Shown here: positions 11,454-30,628 of the stretch, in pieces | Numbering within the stretch: position 1 is the stretch's first letter | How the letters are laid out: the number at the start of each line of letters is the position of its first letter | Assembly (NCBI RefSeq): GCF_000315625.1 | Contig: NW_005434647.1 | Location: 356,936 to 420,935, forward strand | Direction of reading: 5' to 3' | DNA length: 64,000 nucleotides | DNA from: Guillardia theta CCMP2712 | Taxonomy: Eukaryota; Protista; Cryptophyta | Translations under genes and position numbers: made by a program | Notes under the pieces: model-generated | Database searches by the model: none | Seen by the model: the letters and a program-made list of their open reading frames with translations, nothing else | Told to the model about the DNA's origin: nothing

Positions 11454-13584
11454 GTCTCCAGCAACCCTGAAATTGCTGGGTTCAAAGCTGCCTTCTCGAT
11501 TTTCCTAAATGCAGACTGAGGCGCGCTCTCTTTTTGGATTCTATCTGTAAGAGCCATAGCCATGTGCTACATTTCCTAAGCCTTCTATGACCTACCTAGG
11601 TCTCAGGACCCCACGTCTTCTCGTGGCCTGCACTGGATGCTCCTTTACCACGTTTCATACCCCATCTACCCCTACCCCCAGATGTGACACGGCTCCATCT
11701 ACTACCCCTGTGATGTTGACCCCACCCCCTTGATTCCATATCCAAACAACTTAGACATGAGTTGGCGGATCACTCTGTTGCTGACTCCTTGTCGAGAAGT
11801 TGAGTTAGTGGGACTCATTCTTCAAACAAGAAGTTATAGTTGTAGTCATATGTGAGAACGTCAATGCCTCCCTTTGCTCTTCCTTTGAGCATTGCTGTGG
11901 TTCTCGGTGTACAGGGGTCATTCAATTGCAGAGCAGCAAGAGGGTAGGGATACTTAGCATTGTCCCATACTCGTTGAGATGGTGGGTCTGAAAGCTCTAC
12001 AGGGGGGTAGGGGGGTAGATTATCGATACGATAAATCCCTAAGAGAACAAGTCGCCAACAAAAATGAGAATAATAGTACCCACCCCTCGATTTATATGGC
12101 ACGCATAATGAAAACAAGGGGTATATCCCTGGGTCAAAAAGGCATGCGGACAGGTACTCGCTGCCTTGCACGAGATGGGGTGGAGTGGTGTGGTCTGAAC
12201 AGGGGTAGCTACCACCCATATAAAGGGAAAGATAAGGGTTGTTTCCGTCCACCCTTGTTTGGAATATCGAAACCTGGTAGGGGTCCTTGAGCACCCTCTT
12301 GAATTCCACGCAAAGGGGGTGGTGTGGGTCTTGCGTCTGGTAGTGCCGTTGGAAACACGGGGGTTCTCAGGAGATGGGGTACTGAATTTGAGGGCAAGGG
12401 TAGGGTGTGCTCAGTACGTACGTGAAAGGTGGGGATCAGGGATTGGATCGAGTGAGGACCGGTGTCGGGAGAAACGTGTCTGGATTGCTAATTAAGCCGC
12501 CAAGTTATCTTATGTCTTAGGGGACTATCTCAATCGACCATGAATCCCCATAGGTATGACATTTCATATATTGATAAATAATGATTCAACAATATGTGGA
12601 TACCCAATTCAATTGTCAAACCATCAAATCCATTTGAAATAACAAAAAGGTAGCTAATTACAAGGGGAGATAGTTGCTTAATAGCACTATTTGGTCCTAT
12701 GGAGGGGTGGTTTGAAACGACGGGTAGTGGAGGCCTGTTGTGCGCGGGGTGGTTCTAAGAGGTGCTTCTGAACTTTGCACACGACCTGAAACCTAGAAGG
12801 GGTGGGAGAAATCTTAGAGGAGGGTCCAACGGGGTGGTAGGGTGGGTAGAGATGAACAAAAGACTTTGTTGCCCAGGTGCACGAAGAAGGTAGGGGTTGG
12901 TGGGGTAGAATTCCTTGGGGTAGGGTCATTGAGAGGGGGTGTAGGGACGATAAGAACTTACGAGAACAAGAAATTTTTTTTTGGAGAAAATGGGGGTGGG
13001 GGTCATTCATTTTGAGGGGTCCAATGAGAAATTTGGTAAACACCGGTGGTGTCACCGCAGCTGACATTGTTGGAATATCAGGGTAGGGGTGTTTGAAATA
13101 CCCGGTCCTCAGAGATGGAGCTAGAACAATTGAGCTCTCTTCAGCACAAAGGTAGAAGGTAGGGTGAAATGTATTATATGAATTAATATGAAAAGTCAAA
13201 GATAAATCATGTGGGATTGAAACACAATCTCATCAGTTGTTTAGGGGAAAAATCGGAGGGGTTCAATCAAACTCGAGAGTGGGTGGTTCGTCAAGGATCA
13301 GTAAGTTCGGAGACAAGGGGGGTGGTGAATGGGGGTATAATTGATGACGGTAGGGGTGTATTGCTTCGCACCTAAGGGGGGGGGGTCAGGGGGGTGGGGG
13401 TAGGACGCGTGGCATACAAAGACGGAGAGGAAGCAGCAGAGGAGGAAACCAACAACCCAGGTACGACCTGACATGAATAAGAACAAGGAATGATGCGATG
13501 TAGAGGAGATAGTTGCCAGCTTGGTTGAGAAAGCATGCAGTGGTTTGCCATCATACATCTTGAAATAGTCCATAGAGCCTGTGA

Positions 13585-14760
<1,176 letters not shown>

Positions 14761-16342
14761 ATTAGTTGATAATAAATGCTACCATATCGGAATTGATTGC
14801 TTCTTGGTAAGCTCAAATTTTTCCACTGCATCCCGTTTGAAGTTGGCTCAATTTCGGTCTTGTGGAAACGTGAGCTTTCGGAAACCCGTTTTGTTTGTAA
14901 AAGGCATCTGCAAAAGACGCAATGCTGCAGGAATGTATGCGTGAGAATCCGCAGTGGAAAATTGTCGTAATTTTCATGACTGGGACATTTTCCAAAGCAG
15001 TACAGAGTAATCACAGAGCAATGATGCTACCACACACCAATCTGATTTCACTTGCTAAGTTCGGCAACATGCCAACTTTACATCATTTCATAGTATGATC
15101 TTACTGAACATTTGGCGTTTCATCAAGATCTCCGATGACTACCTCCCAATTGTAGAGCACAGCGATCGCTACACCGAAGACGAAGAGGTTCTTGATCAAT
15201 TTCTTGTTATTTGCACCATTGGGGCCGTCAAGGAAGCGAGCTACAGAGCTTTGAATTCCCATCCCCGTTCACTGACTTTGACGATGGAAGCTGAAGAAAG
15301 CAAATCGTCACCACCATGAAAACAAGTTACAATGTCTAATAGAAGTCATCGTTTTTTGGTTGGTTCCAACACCGTCATGCATCCCTCCCCCCATCTACCC
15401 TTTCACCATGGAGCGATATCACATTCCACACTCGTGGCATCAACATCAAATAATCCTACCCTAGCTGACATTTTACGCCTGGGATCATGGCATGATTACA
15501 ATCGGCTCTGACTACAAGATTACTTCGAACGATGCAGATCAAACATCCCGGCGTGAAGCGAAAGAGATGACCAAGATCAAAAGCTTGATTCATCACAAGT
15601 CGTTATGGAGGATATAACATGCATACCGAATTATTCTCAATCACCAAATTCCCTTTTCCAGGAGAGCACAACACAAATCCTCTCACATCCCGTAGGGAAC
15701 ACTGCTCTATACGGAAAACAGATATGGGTGTTATGTGATTATAGAGGAATTAACAGGAAAGGAAATGCGTGAGAAGTAACCAACCATATCGAGTAAGGAT
15801 ATGGATCTCTATAACTCGTTTTCGTCACGTCCTAGCATGAAGGACGAGCTCATTAAACCTGATCTTTGTTAACACCTCCTCCTCAAACCTGCACGCCTTC
15901 ATCGGATAGAAGCAAAAAGCACACATCTGCAGACACAACGGCAACCTGAAACTTCCTCCTCCTGCCAGTACTGCTCGTTATCTCCCTGCCCTCTCGCATC
16001 TCATTCCTCATCCTCTTCCCCCCCCTTCCCTCTTCTTCTGCCTTCCTCGCCTCGTGCATGGCTGCAGGGCGCCGCTCCTTCCGTGGGCTCGCCTCAGGTC
16101 GACCTCCTCCCATCCGACCGGGCCCGGACCGGGCCCGCGGCACTGAGTTTATTACCATCCCGCCATCATTTTAACGGACATGGCCTGAGCGGAGAGCAGC
16201 GAGGCGGCGATAGGGGCAAGGCAAGGACAGCGCAAGTCTTCAGGATAGCAGCCGAGTGAGCTGAAGGGAGTAGAAGCTCAGGAGAGGAGGAGAGGAGGAG
16301 AGGAGGAGAGGAGAGCAAGGGAGTGTAGTGTTGACAAGGGGG

Positions 16343-22692
<6,350 letters not shown>

Positions 22693-22887
22693 CGAGGGAG
22701 GGGAAAGGGAAGACAGGGGAGAAGTTTCATGCGTGTTGATGGTAAAGAGCGAGGGAGTGAGGCAGAGAGAGAGACAGCGAAGGAAAGGAGGAGGAAGGGG
22801 CCGGGGTTGAGGGGAGGGAGGGGCTGGAGGAAAGCATTGTCGTCGTCGTCATCGTCATTATCATCATCGTCGTCGTCATCATCATCA

Positions 22888-23996
22888 TCATCGCTTGCCT
22901 GTTTCTTTAGTCAGTCGCTGCTCCGCATCGGTAATATTCTCACCGAGAGCTCCTCTGATTAATCGACTGGCCACAGCTGAGCTGGTCTGGGGCCTTAAAG
23001 AACAACATCATGCTCCTCTCCATTGTGTTTCCAACCAGAATCAATTGAATCAACAACATCATCATAATCATCATCTGCATAACATCGCCGATAGCACCCG
23101 CTCTCCATCGCATCAGGGTAGACACTCGTCGCCAACCTGAGAGGACAGACGATGTCTTCAAGTGGGATGGACCTGGATGCCTCGCTTGCCTCCTCGTACG
23201 ATCGAACCTGCCGGTAGCGATGAGGAGGAGAGCTGGCAAGAGGAGCTGAGCGACAGCAATGATGACCNNNNNNNNNNNNNNNNNNNNNNNNNNNNNNNNN
23301 NNNNNNNNNNNNNNNNNNNNNNNNNNNNNNNNNNNNNNNNNNNNNNNNNNNNNNNNNNNNNNNNNNNGACCTTCATTGGACTTGAACTTAGCATTCTTCG
23401 GTATTACGTGTGCTAGGGGGGGGGGGAAGGAAGGAGAGATGAAGATCGGATGGAGAAGGAGAGGGGAGGTAGCGGTGGACTCCGACGAGCGGTGATGAGA
23501 AAGTTGAGAGAGGAGCAAGGGTAGAAGAGGAAGAGGATGGAGACGGGGACGAGGACGAGGACGAGGACGAGGACGGGGACGGGGACGAGGACGAGGACGG
23601 GGACAAGGACGATGATGTAGAGGAAGAGGACGAAGGTAGAAGTCTGTTTCTCACCTGCTTTTGTTGCACTTCGGAAGACGAGGAGGTAGAGGCCGCGGTC
23701 AACCGGCTGCGTGTTGATACCCGATGCTCGCAGCGACTTCATCAGCTCCTCTATCGCAAACTCGTCGAGATCTGAATGGCAGCAGCGTCACAGGACACAC
23801 GCAGGCCAGCAGGAGCTCAAGCACGTCGAGGGAAGTTGTAGGCCTCGAGGAGGTTGGTGGTCGAGTGCTCCGAGTAGATCCCAGCAGTCCGATGGACTTG
23901 GTCGTGAGAGCTGAAGGAGGGAAGAGGAAGAAGGGGGGTGGATAGGGTGGAGGAGCAGGATCAGGAGCAGGAGCAGGATCAGGAGCAGGAGCAGGA

Positions 23997-24046
<50 letters not shown>

Positions 24047-25261
24047 AGTCAGATCGTGAGGGGATCCCTATACAGCCTCACCTCTCCTCCTCCTGTTCTG
24101 CTGCATCCCAATCCACCTCTTCCTTGACCTTGTCGATCGACTTGAGCTGGAAGCTGAGACTGAGCAATAGCTACCGAAATGTAAAGCAACCTGAAAGTTG
24201 TCGACGCTGGTTTCCCAGTCCTCCTCCTCGTCCTCCTCGTCCTCTCCTCCCTCCTGCTCGCCTTTGTCGTCTAGCGCAATTGTCTGCACATATTCCTTCA
24301 GCTTGTCCAGATCTGCACGTCCCTCGTGAGTAAAGCACCGAAGATGGTGGGACATGGCAGCAACACAGTTAGAGCAGGCACAACCATGATCGATCACTGG
24401 CAAGGAAGAATACAGACAGGCAGCACATAACCTTGATCGATCCCGTCCAGCTTCATTTCCTTCAACTTGTACCACTCTGACTCGGGCGCGCCCATCGGGA
24501 CAACCCAGAGTTCCAGGCAGTCCACGTCGATGCCTCCTTCACACGCGATCCCTGACCTTGATATCGACACGCGCTCATCCCGGGGAAAGTCTCCGTACAC
24601 AAGGCTGAGATGAGGGTAGTAGACACTCGCCGGTTGCTGCAGCCGGTCAAGGAGGGGAGGGAGGGGAGGGGGAGGGCTGACCTGCTGTAGTATGCTGCAG
24701 TCACTGAGCGACTTGATCGCACCCTGCCGCTACCCGTCACCTCCTCGAGGACAAGGCGAGTGTTCAGCTCACCTCGCGCATCTTCAGGAGGGAGGAGAAG
24801 CCGGTGGATGTCGGGAGCACCTCAGCAAGGATACACTGATGCCTGGTCTCCCCGACAGTCGCTGGGAGCAAAGCAAGCTTCAGCGAGCATGCCATGGCCC
24901 CCCCGGACCTCAACCACCTGGCCCGAGATCCAATCGAAAGCTTGACTTCACTGACATGCTGCTCCTTGCCATCCAGTCCGACGCCTCCGTCTACCAGCCC
25001 ATCACCTCCACCCTCACGCAACGATAGCTCACCTCCACCTCCGCCCCCGATCGCTCCGACGTTGCAGCGGCCAGCGTGATGTGCGGGTCGAACTGCTCCC
25101 ATGCTCAGCCGAGCAAGCTCCTCTCAGCTCATCACCTTTGGCGTTCCATGCGCCTCTGCTAGTCCGTGGATGACGCTTGTCAGGCGTGCCGAGTCCTTGG
25201 ACCCCGGACGCAACCACAGGCAGTACAGGAAGGTGTTTGCGGCCATAATCCTTCCTGGCAT
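22888..25261 (-). CDS. 2H-family cyclic phosphodiesterase (CPDase-like) fused via acidic linker to an R3HCC1-like RRM domain
   Basis: Spliced: YCLWLRP...FDPHITL...HQCILAEV...YYPHLSLVYG (HxT/HxS pair); then LLEAYNFPRHLDEFAIEELM...VDRGLYLLVFRSATKA...PQTSSAVASRLIRGALG; one junction near the N gap is unresolved. Confidence 0.68.
23268..23367. other. Assembly gap (100 N)
   Basis: N run. Confidence 1.
23950..24046 (+). repeat. (CAGGAG)n hexamer microsatellite, intronic; same unit on the opposite strand at about 48210-48270 and 51365-51440
   Basis: Directly visible. Confidence 0.9.
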
Positions 25262-25636
25262 TTCAAGTAGGTTACACGTGAGGATTGATCATCTGGAAAG
25301 CTACGAATGATACGTGCCAGCAGCTGCCTTGTCCCAGTATTCGCTCCTCTCCCTTACATCTCTTGCTTTCCTGTCTTCACTTGCGCTTACCTCCTTGCGT
25401 CCCTTCCCTTCGCTTGCGCCTCTGAGCCCCCCCTCCCCTTCTCTTCACGCGCTTCGATCCTCATGCACTGAACCCTCTTAAGCTCTCCTGCCTCTCCTCC
25501 TGTCAAACCTGTGCCCTCCCTCCCTCCCTCCCTCCCCTGCTGTTCCCTCACCCTCCCTTCCTTACGGGCTCAGTCACTTCCATCCCTCCTTTCGTTGGCT
25601 TTCTTTCATGATTCTCCTCTTCCTCTATCTAGCATT

Positions 25637-25740
25637 CCTCCTCCTCCTCCACCACCACCACCACCACCACCACCACCACCACCACCACCTCCTCCTCCTC
25701 CTCCTCCTCCTCCTCCTCCTCCTCCTCCTCCTCCTCCTCC

Positions 25741-25798
<58 letters not shown>
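25637..25798 (+). repeat. Compound microsatellite (CCT)(CCA)n(CCT)n(CAT)n
   Basis: Directly visible, intergenic. Confidence 0.95.
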
Positions 25799-26216
25799 TC
25801 GCATCATAATCCTCCTCCCTCCTCCCTCCAGCTGTCGACCCTGACGCATCCCGAGCCAGGCGGAGTAGCGGCATGGGGGCAGCAACTTCTATTTAGAGCC
25901 TTGACGCTATTTGTCAAAAATGAGTCCCCACCGGTCTGAGGCTGGCCCTGGCCCCGGCGAAGACCGGTCAGGACCGGGCGCCGGCCGGGCCGGGCCGGGA
26001 TGGCCCCGAGTGCGGCCTGCGGGACCGTCGGACAGTCTGTCATACAGGCTGGGACGGTGGGCGTCAGCGCTCAGTGACAGTACCAGTACGGTAACTTGTA
26101 ATGCGCGGCAGCGTCATGTTGTTACTTTCAAATTTGTTGTCTGGGATCACTTGAAACTTCATTGCGTCACATTCATCATGTCTATCTACAGCAGGTCAAC
26201 TTCATCTACAATCAGA

Positions 26217-29200
26217 TCAAACAGCTTGAGCGCTCGCCCTCTTGAACAGAATCTTGTCGTGAGCAGAGGAAGCCCTCGCTCGCCTCCATCGCTCCGTTGC
26301 GGACTCGACCGACGAGAAGCTCTGGTTCAGCGCCGACGTGCCTCCTGCTTGCCGCAGCACATTGCGGTTCTTGACCAGGTAGGAGCGGTTGTAGTCGAGG
26401 TCCATGTTGGATCGTACTTCCTCGCGCGACTGAACCTCCACAACATGCTTCCCACACGTCGTCTCGACGAGGACCTGCACGTTGCTCGTTAGGATCGACA
26501 GCGCTATGGCCGAGGAGGTTCGGAACTCCAGGAACAGCCGCCAGGACCCGAGATGCTCGCAGAAGTGCCCGGTAGCCGCGACGGCAATGAGGTCCCCGAA
26601 CCAGGACTGAGACAAGGCAGAGGTCTGGAAGGAGCTGTAAAGCGAAGCTCCTCCTCCGTACAAGTCGTCCTTCAGCTCATCCCCAGCTGACAAGAACGAG
26701 TTGCAAAGAACACGCGAGAAAGGAGAGGAGTCCAGCTGATCGTTGACAAGCCTCGCGCCTTCTCGTCCAGGCGCGAACGCGCTGACCACAAACGAGAACT
26801 CCAAACTCGACCAGATGGCCAGGCTGGTCTGCACATCATAGTGGCCGCTGACCGCCTGCTTGGGGAAGGGGCAGAGGAGCTTCGTGAACGGAACCCGGTA
26901 GGGCTCACACTCGATCACCTCTTGAGCACCCCGAGGGTCTTGACTGGTCGGGATGCTGCAGTGGACAGTGACGGAAGCGTCTTGCAGCGAGATGACGTGG
27001 TACCCGACGTTCCAGGAGCAGCATTCCCTTTCCCTCACCTTCTTGAAGACCCTCACGTTGGCTGCGTGCGGCTGCATCTCAGTCAGCCCGTTGCCATGGA
27101 GCAGGTCGAGCTTGAGGGTCGCCAGTTCCAGCGAGGAGCGGTTGCAGACCGAGACGGAGAACCAGACCTGCCTCGAGTCCTCGTCTGTGGTGTGCGATAC
27201 CTGCACGTGCACTATGTCGCTGGGGGCTGACACGGTCGTCGAGCCGCACCCTCCGTGCTCCTTGCCCAGCATGTTTGGCAGCATGTTGGAGTGCTTCCTC
27301 TGCGAGCTATCAGGCGGCGACGCCGCTGACATGTTCTGTCCCCAGATGTTCCAGATCTTGTCCTGTATGGTCTCCGACAGGTCCGCCTCCCCTTGGGCCG
27401 GCCCTCTGACCACCTCGCTCGGCCGGACCCCGATGGACTTGAGGAAGGAGCCGGAGGAAGCGTCAGGAGCAATCATGATCGCTCGGTTCTTCTGCCTGTG
27501 CACCCTGTTCTTGTAGACGGTTGTCACATGGCCGTCCTCTGAGGGCGGAGGGCTGGCAGTCAGCGGCCAAACCCCGTACGGCATCGAGTACATCCCATCC
27601 TCCCTCCCCTCGTCACCCTCACCCTTGCCGCCCTGCATCAGGCGGAGGTGCGACCTTGCAAAATGAATCCTCTGGATCATCGACGGGTCCCTGACCTTCA
27701 GGTGATCTCTGTTGGCGGACAGCATCTCCGCAAAGCTCTGGTCCACTGCCGCCGCTTCCTGGGGCCAATGGAAGGCGCATCGGAGCAGGCAGAGGGACAG
27801 GAGCTCTGTGTCTTCCCACCCTAGAACTTCTCCTTTCGATTCGGCAAGCGTCTTCGCCTCAAAAGAGCGAGGACGGAGGTTTCCTGACTTGCCCTCGTTA
27901 ATGAGCAGCTCCTGCCTGCCCCTCTGGGCAGACGTTCCCAAGAACTGCAGGCGGATCATCCTGATCAAGTCCCTTCCCGACTCCAACACCTCTTTGTGCA
28001 AGTCCGCCTTCTCTTTCTCAGTCTCGTTGCCTTTCAGCGCTGTCTCAACGTTGCACAGGGGATACAAGAATTCGCTGAGCACACACAAGACCCTCGATCT
28101 GATAGTATGGAACGAGATGATAGGAAACGCAGACATAACGCTCTTCAGGATCTGCTTCAGCCGCATTGTACTCGGTACGCTGTCCATGTCCTGTCCTGAC
28201 GCTGCCTGATCGGCCCTGTAGTTTCGTTGATGGGAAGAAATCGCCCTGGCGCAGCACCGAGACAGCAGCTGCATATACAATTTCGCTGCTTCGGCGGATC
28301 CAGAGCCGCTCCACCGCAAGCAGATGTGAAACATCTCGAGAAATTCGATGGCTCGGGCCTCGATGAACTGTGAATCCTTCATTCCCTGCGGGCAGGGCAA
28401 AAGGCACGCTTGCGCATAACACGCAACGAAATCTTCCTTGAGGACGTTGGGTTGATCGGGGTCATGTTGAAGAAGATCCATCACTGCAGCGCTATGCAAC
28501 ACGGGCGAACTGGAATGAGATCTTCTCCCCTTCTCCCCCGTTGGCCCAATCCATGCCATAGTCCACAGAAGGATCAGGAGATACTCCACCCTCGACGACC
28601 TGGATTTCACTTCATTGATCTCGCGCAGGACGTTGGGGCAAACCCTCACGATAGCATCGGACGGGAGCAGCCTCACTGCAACCAGCAACAACTTCATCGC
28701 CCTCTCGCTCCCCAGCGATGATTCCCTTCGCTGAAGAATCATCAAGCATCCCTCCACCACCGACTTGATCCACTCGAACTTGGTGGCGCCGTTGAACCGC
28801 GAGAGCTCCAAGATCGCCCGGCAGCTCTCCAAGGCAAGGGCAGAGTCGAGCGAGCAGGCGGAAGGGAGGAAGAAGTGGTCCAGGAAGAACTCGATCCGCT
28901 CGCTGGACTTGTGATGGTACTCCTCATTGTGCTTCGTCTCGCCAAGGTCGCACAGCACCGTTGAGCTGATCACAGTGACCAAAAACCTGACGCAGCGATG
29001 CCTGTATGCTTGCGGGAGGCTGTGGAACCTCTCTGAGATCTCAAGGATCTCACGCTGCAGGACTGACAGTATCTGCGAAGCCAGGAGATCTGGACCACCC
29101 ACCCTTGGCGCCCTCCTGCTCGACTCTGGGACCCCCCATGGGCTCACAGTGAGGGTCGCTGGAGTCTGTCCATGGAAGACGTACTCGAACGAGTCTGGGA

Positions 29201-29804
29201 TCACCTTCCCTACCGTCAGCCCTTGCCTGGTGATCGCCTCAGCACAGACCCTCTCCAGACTCTCTGCGGTCGCGCAGAACACCAGGTCCGAGTCATCCTG
29301 AAGCGAGCTCGACATCATCTTTCCCAGCTCGATCATCGTCTCTAGAGCCTGGGGGCTCCAATCCAACATCATCACATGCACAATCACGTCGATCGACACC
29401 TTCCTCACGTCCTGTATGCTGCTTTGAACCGTGTCCCTTAGCAATGGGACAACTTCAGCCAGTCTCTTTAGGGTTACCTCGGCAGGTATGACTGTGATAC
29501 ACTCCAGAGCACAGAGACAGAGCTCAACGTCGTCGTTCTGTGCATCTCTGGTGATCATATCAAAGACCATGTCCCACTCTTCTCCCACGTAGACGCCACA
29601 GCCAAGAATGAACGAGTAGGCTAGTCGTCGAACCAAGGTGTTTGAAGAGGAGGATCGGATGCAATGCTCGAGAACGGCGGGGAGGAGGAGAGGAGCAGTG
29701 GAGGAAAGGGGAGAGGAGTGTGTTGAGCTCTCTCGTATGATGTACATGAGCATCTCCCCCTGTCTGTGCGGCTCCCGCGCCCCTGCGATCGCCGCCGCCA
29801 ACAT
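26217..29804 (-). CDS. TPLATE: TPLATE, beta-type large subunit of the TSET/TPLATE adaptor complex; intronless, 1195 aa
   Basis: Colinear similarity to recalled plant TPLATE: VRRLAYSFI...WDMVFDMI; SLDSALALE...KFEWI (cf SLDPALIFE...KPEWA); SAPSDIVHVQVSH...NRSSLEL (cf TGSSDPCYIEAYH...NLTELEL); IECEPYRVPFTKLL (cf LRCQPYKIPLTELL); SSPFSRV (cf SKPFHRV). Confidence 0.85.
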   Translation of the reverse strand: MLAAAIAGAREPHRQGEMLMYIIRESSTHSSPLSSTAPLLLPAVLEHCIRSSSSNTLVRRLAYSFILGCGVYVGEEWDMVFDMITRDAQNDDVELCLCALECITVIPAEVTLKRLAEVVPLLRDTVQSSIQDVRKVSIDVIVHVMMLDWSPQALETMIELGKMMSSSLQDDSDLVFCATAESLERVCAEAITRQGLTVGKVIPDSFEYVFHGQTPATLTVSPWGVPESSRRAPRVGGPDLLASQILSVLQREILEISERFHSLPQAYRHRCVRFLVTVISSTVLCDLGETKHNEEYHHKSSERIEFFLDHFFLPSACSLDSALALESCRAILELSRFNGATKFEWIKSVVEGCLMILQRRESSLGSERAMKLLLVAVRLLPSDAIVRVCPNVLREINEVKSRSSRVEYLLILLWTMAWIGPTGEKGRRSHSSSPVLHSAAVMDLLQHDPDQPNVLKEDFVACYAQACLLPCPQGMKDSQFIEARAIEFLEMFHICLRWSGSGSAEAAKLYMQLLSRCCARAISSHQRNYRADQAASGQDMDSVPSTMRLKQILKSVMSAFPIISFHTIRSRVLCVLSEFLYPLCNVETALKGNETEKEKADLHKEVLESGRDLIRMIRLQFLGTSAQRGRQELLINEGKSGNLRPRSFEAKTLAESKGEVLGWEDTELLSLCLLRCAFHWPQEAAAVDQSFAEMLSANRDHLKVRDPSMIQRIHFARSHLRLMQGGKGEGDEGREDGMYSMPYGVWPLTASPPPSEDGHVTTVYKNRVHRQKNRAIMIAPDASSGSFLKSIGVRPSEVVRGPAQGEADLSETIQDKIWNIWGQNMSAASPPDSSQRKHSNMLPNMLGKEHGGCGSTTVSAPSDIVHVQVSHTTDEDSRQVWFSVSVCNRSSLELATLKLDLLHGNGLTEMQPHAANVRVFKKVRERECCSWNVGYHVISLQDASVTVHCSIPTSQDPRGAQEVIECEPYRVPFTKLLCPFPKQAVSGHYDVQTSLAIWSSLEFSFVVSAFAPGREGARLVNDQLDSSPFSRVLCNSFLSAGDELKDDLYGGGASLYSSFQTSALSQSWFGDLIAVAATGHFCEHLGSWRLFLEFRTSSAIALSILTSNVQVLVETTCGKHVVEVQSREEVRSNMDLDYNRSYLVKNRNVLRQAGGTSALNQSFSSVESATERWRRARASSAHDKILFKRASAQAV

Positions 29805-30628
29805 GGCGAGCGGGTCGAAAAATCCTGGGTAAGGAAGATGGGTGATTGTGTCTCCTAAAAAGAGGGGGTGGGGGGTACAGGAAACGTCGTAGGGGTGTGG
29901 TAGAAAGGGGTTTGAATGAGAACTCTGAGGTACTGGGGGGACCAGAGGGGTAGTAGGATGGCAAAGTACCCATGCGTATTAGAGGTTTATGCGTATCACG
30001 GTAGGGTACACGGAGGATTGGGCTGCTTCAATACCTGTGGGGTACTTGAACTAGGGGGTACACCGTTTCCAATTGGGTGCTATTGGTTCAAGGGGGTGGG
30101 GGTATTCAACACAGTCTGCCTCAGGACAGACGAAAGGGCAACCTCGACATGGCATGAGGGAGGAGGAAGAGGAGGAAGAGGAGGAAGAGGAGGAAGAGGA
30201 GGAAGAGGAGGAAGAGGAGGAAGAGGAGGAAGAGGAACGAGAGCAATGTAGGGGAAGTAGAGAAAGTAGAGGATAAGGTGTGCGACGAGTTGATGGCAAG
30301 GTCACAGGGAAGGAGGACATTGCTGAGTTGAGTCAGGGTGAGGACGAAGGTGATGATGGTTCAATGGAGAACGAAACATGGGCAACTAGTCTATACAGGG
30401 TGCAGTAAACGTATCTTAACCATGAGCAGAGGAGAGAGGCAAGGTGCACGAGGAAGTGTTGGGGTCATGACACTATTCGCTTGCAATGGAAAAGTGTAAC
30501 TTGTGGGAGGGTTGACCTTGACCTTGTCGTTTCCTCTCTTGATTTTTTTCTGCTCTACTCTAGAATTTTCTCATTTTCCTGTTGCAGAGTGATTGGCTGC
30601 AGCCTCGGGGTTTTTCCCGCTGTGGACT

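Noticed and set aside
15690-15770. WVLCDYRGIN resembling the Ty3/gypsy RT CxDYRxLN motif
   Set aside because: No flanking RT motifs, YxDD or LTRs seen; probably chance
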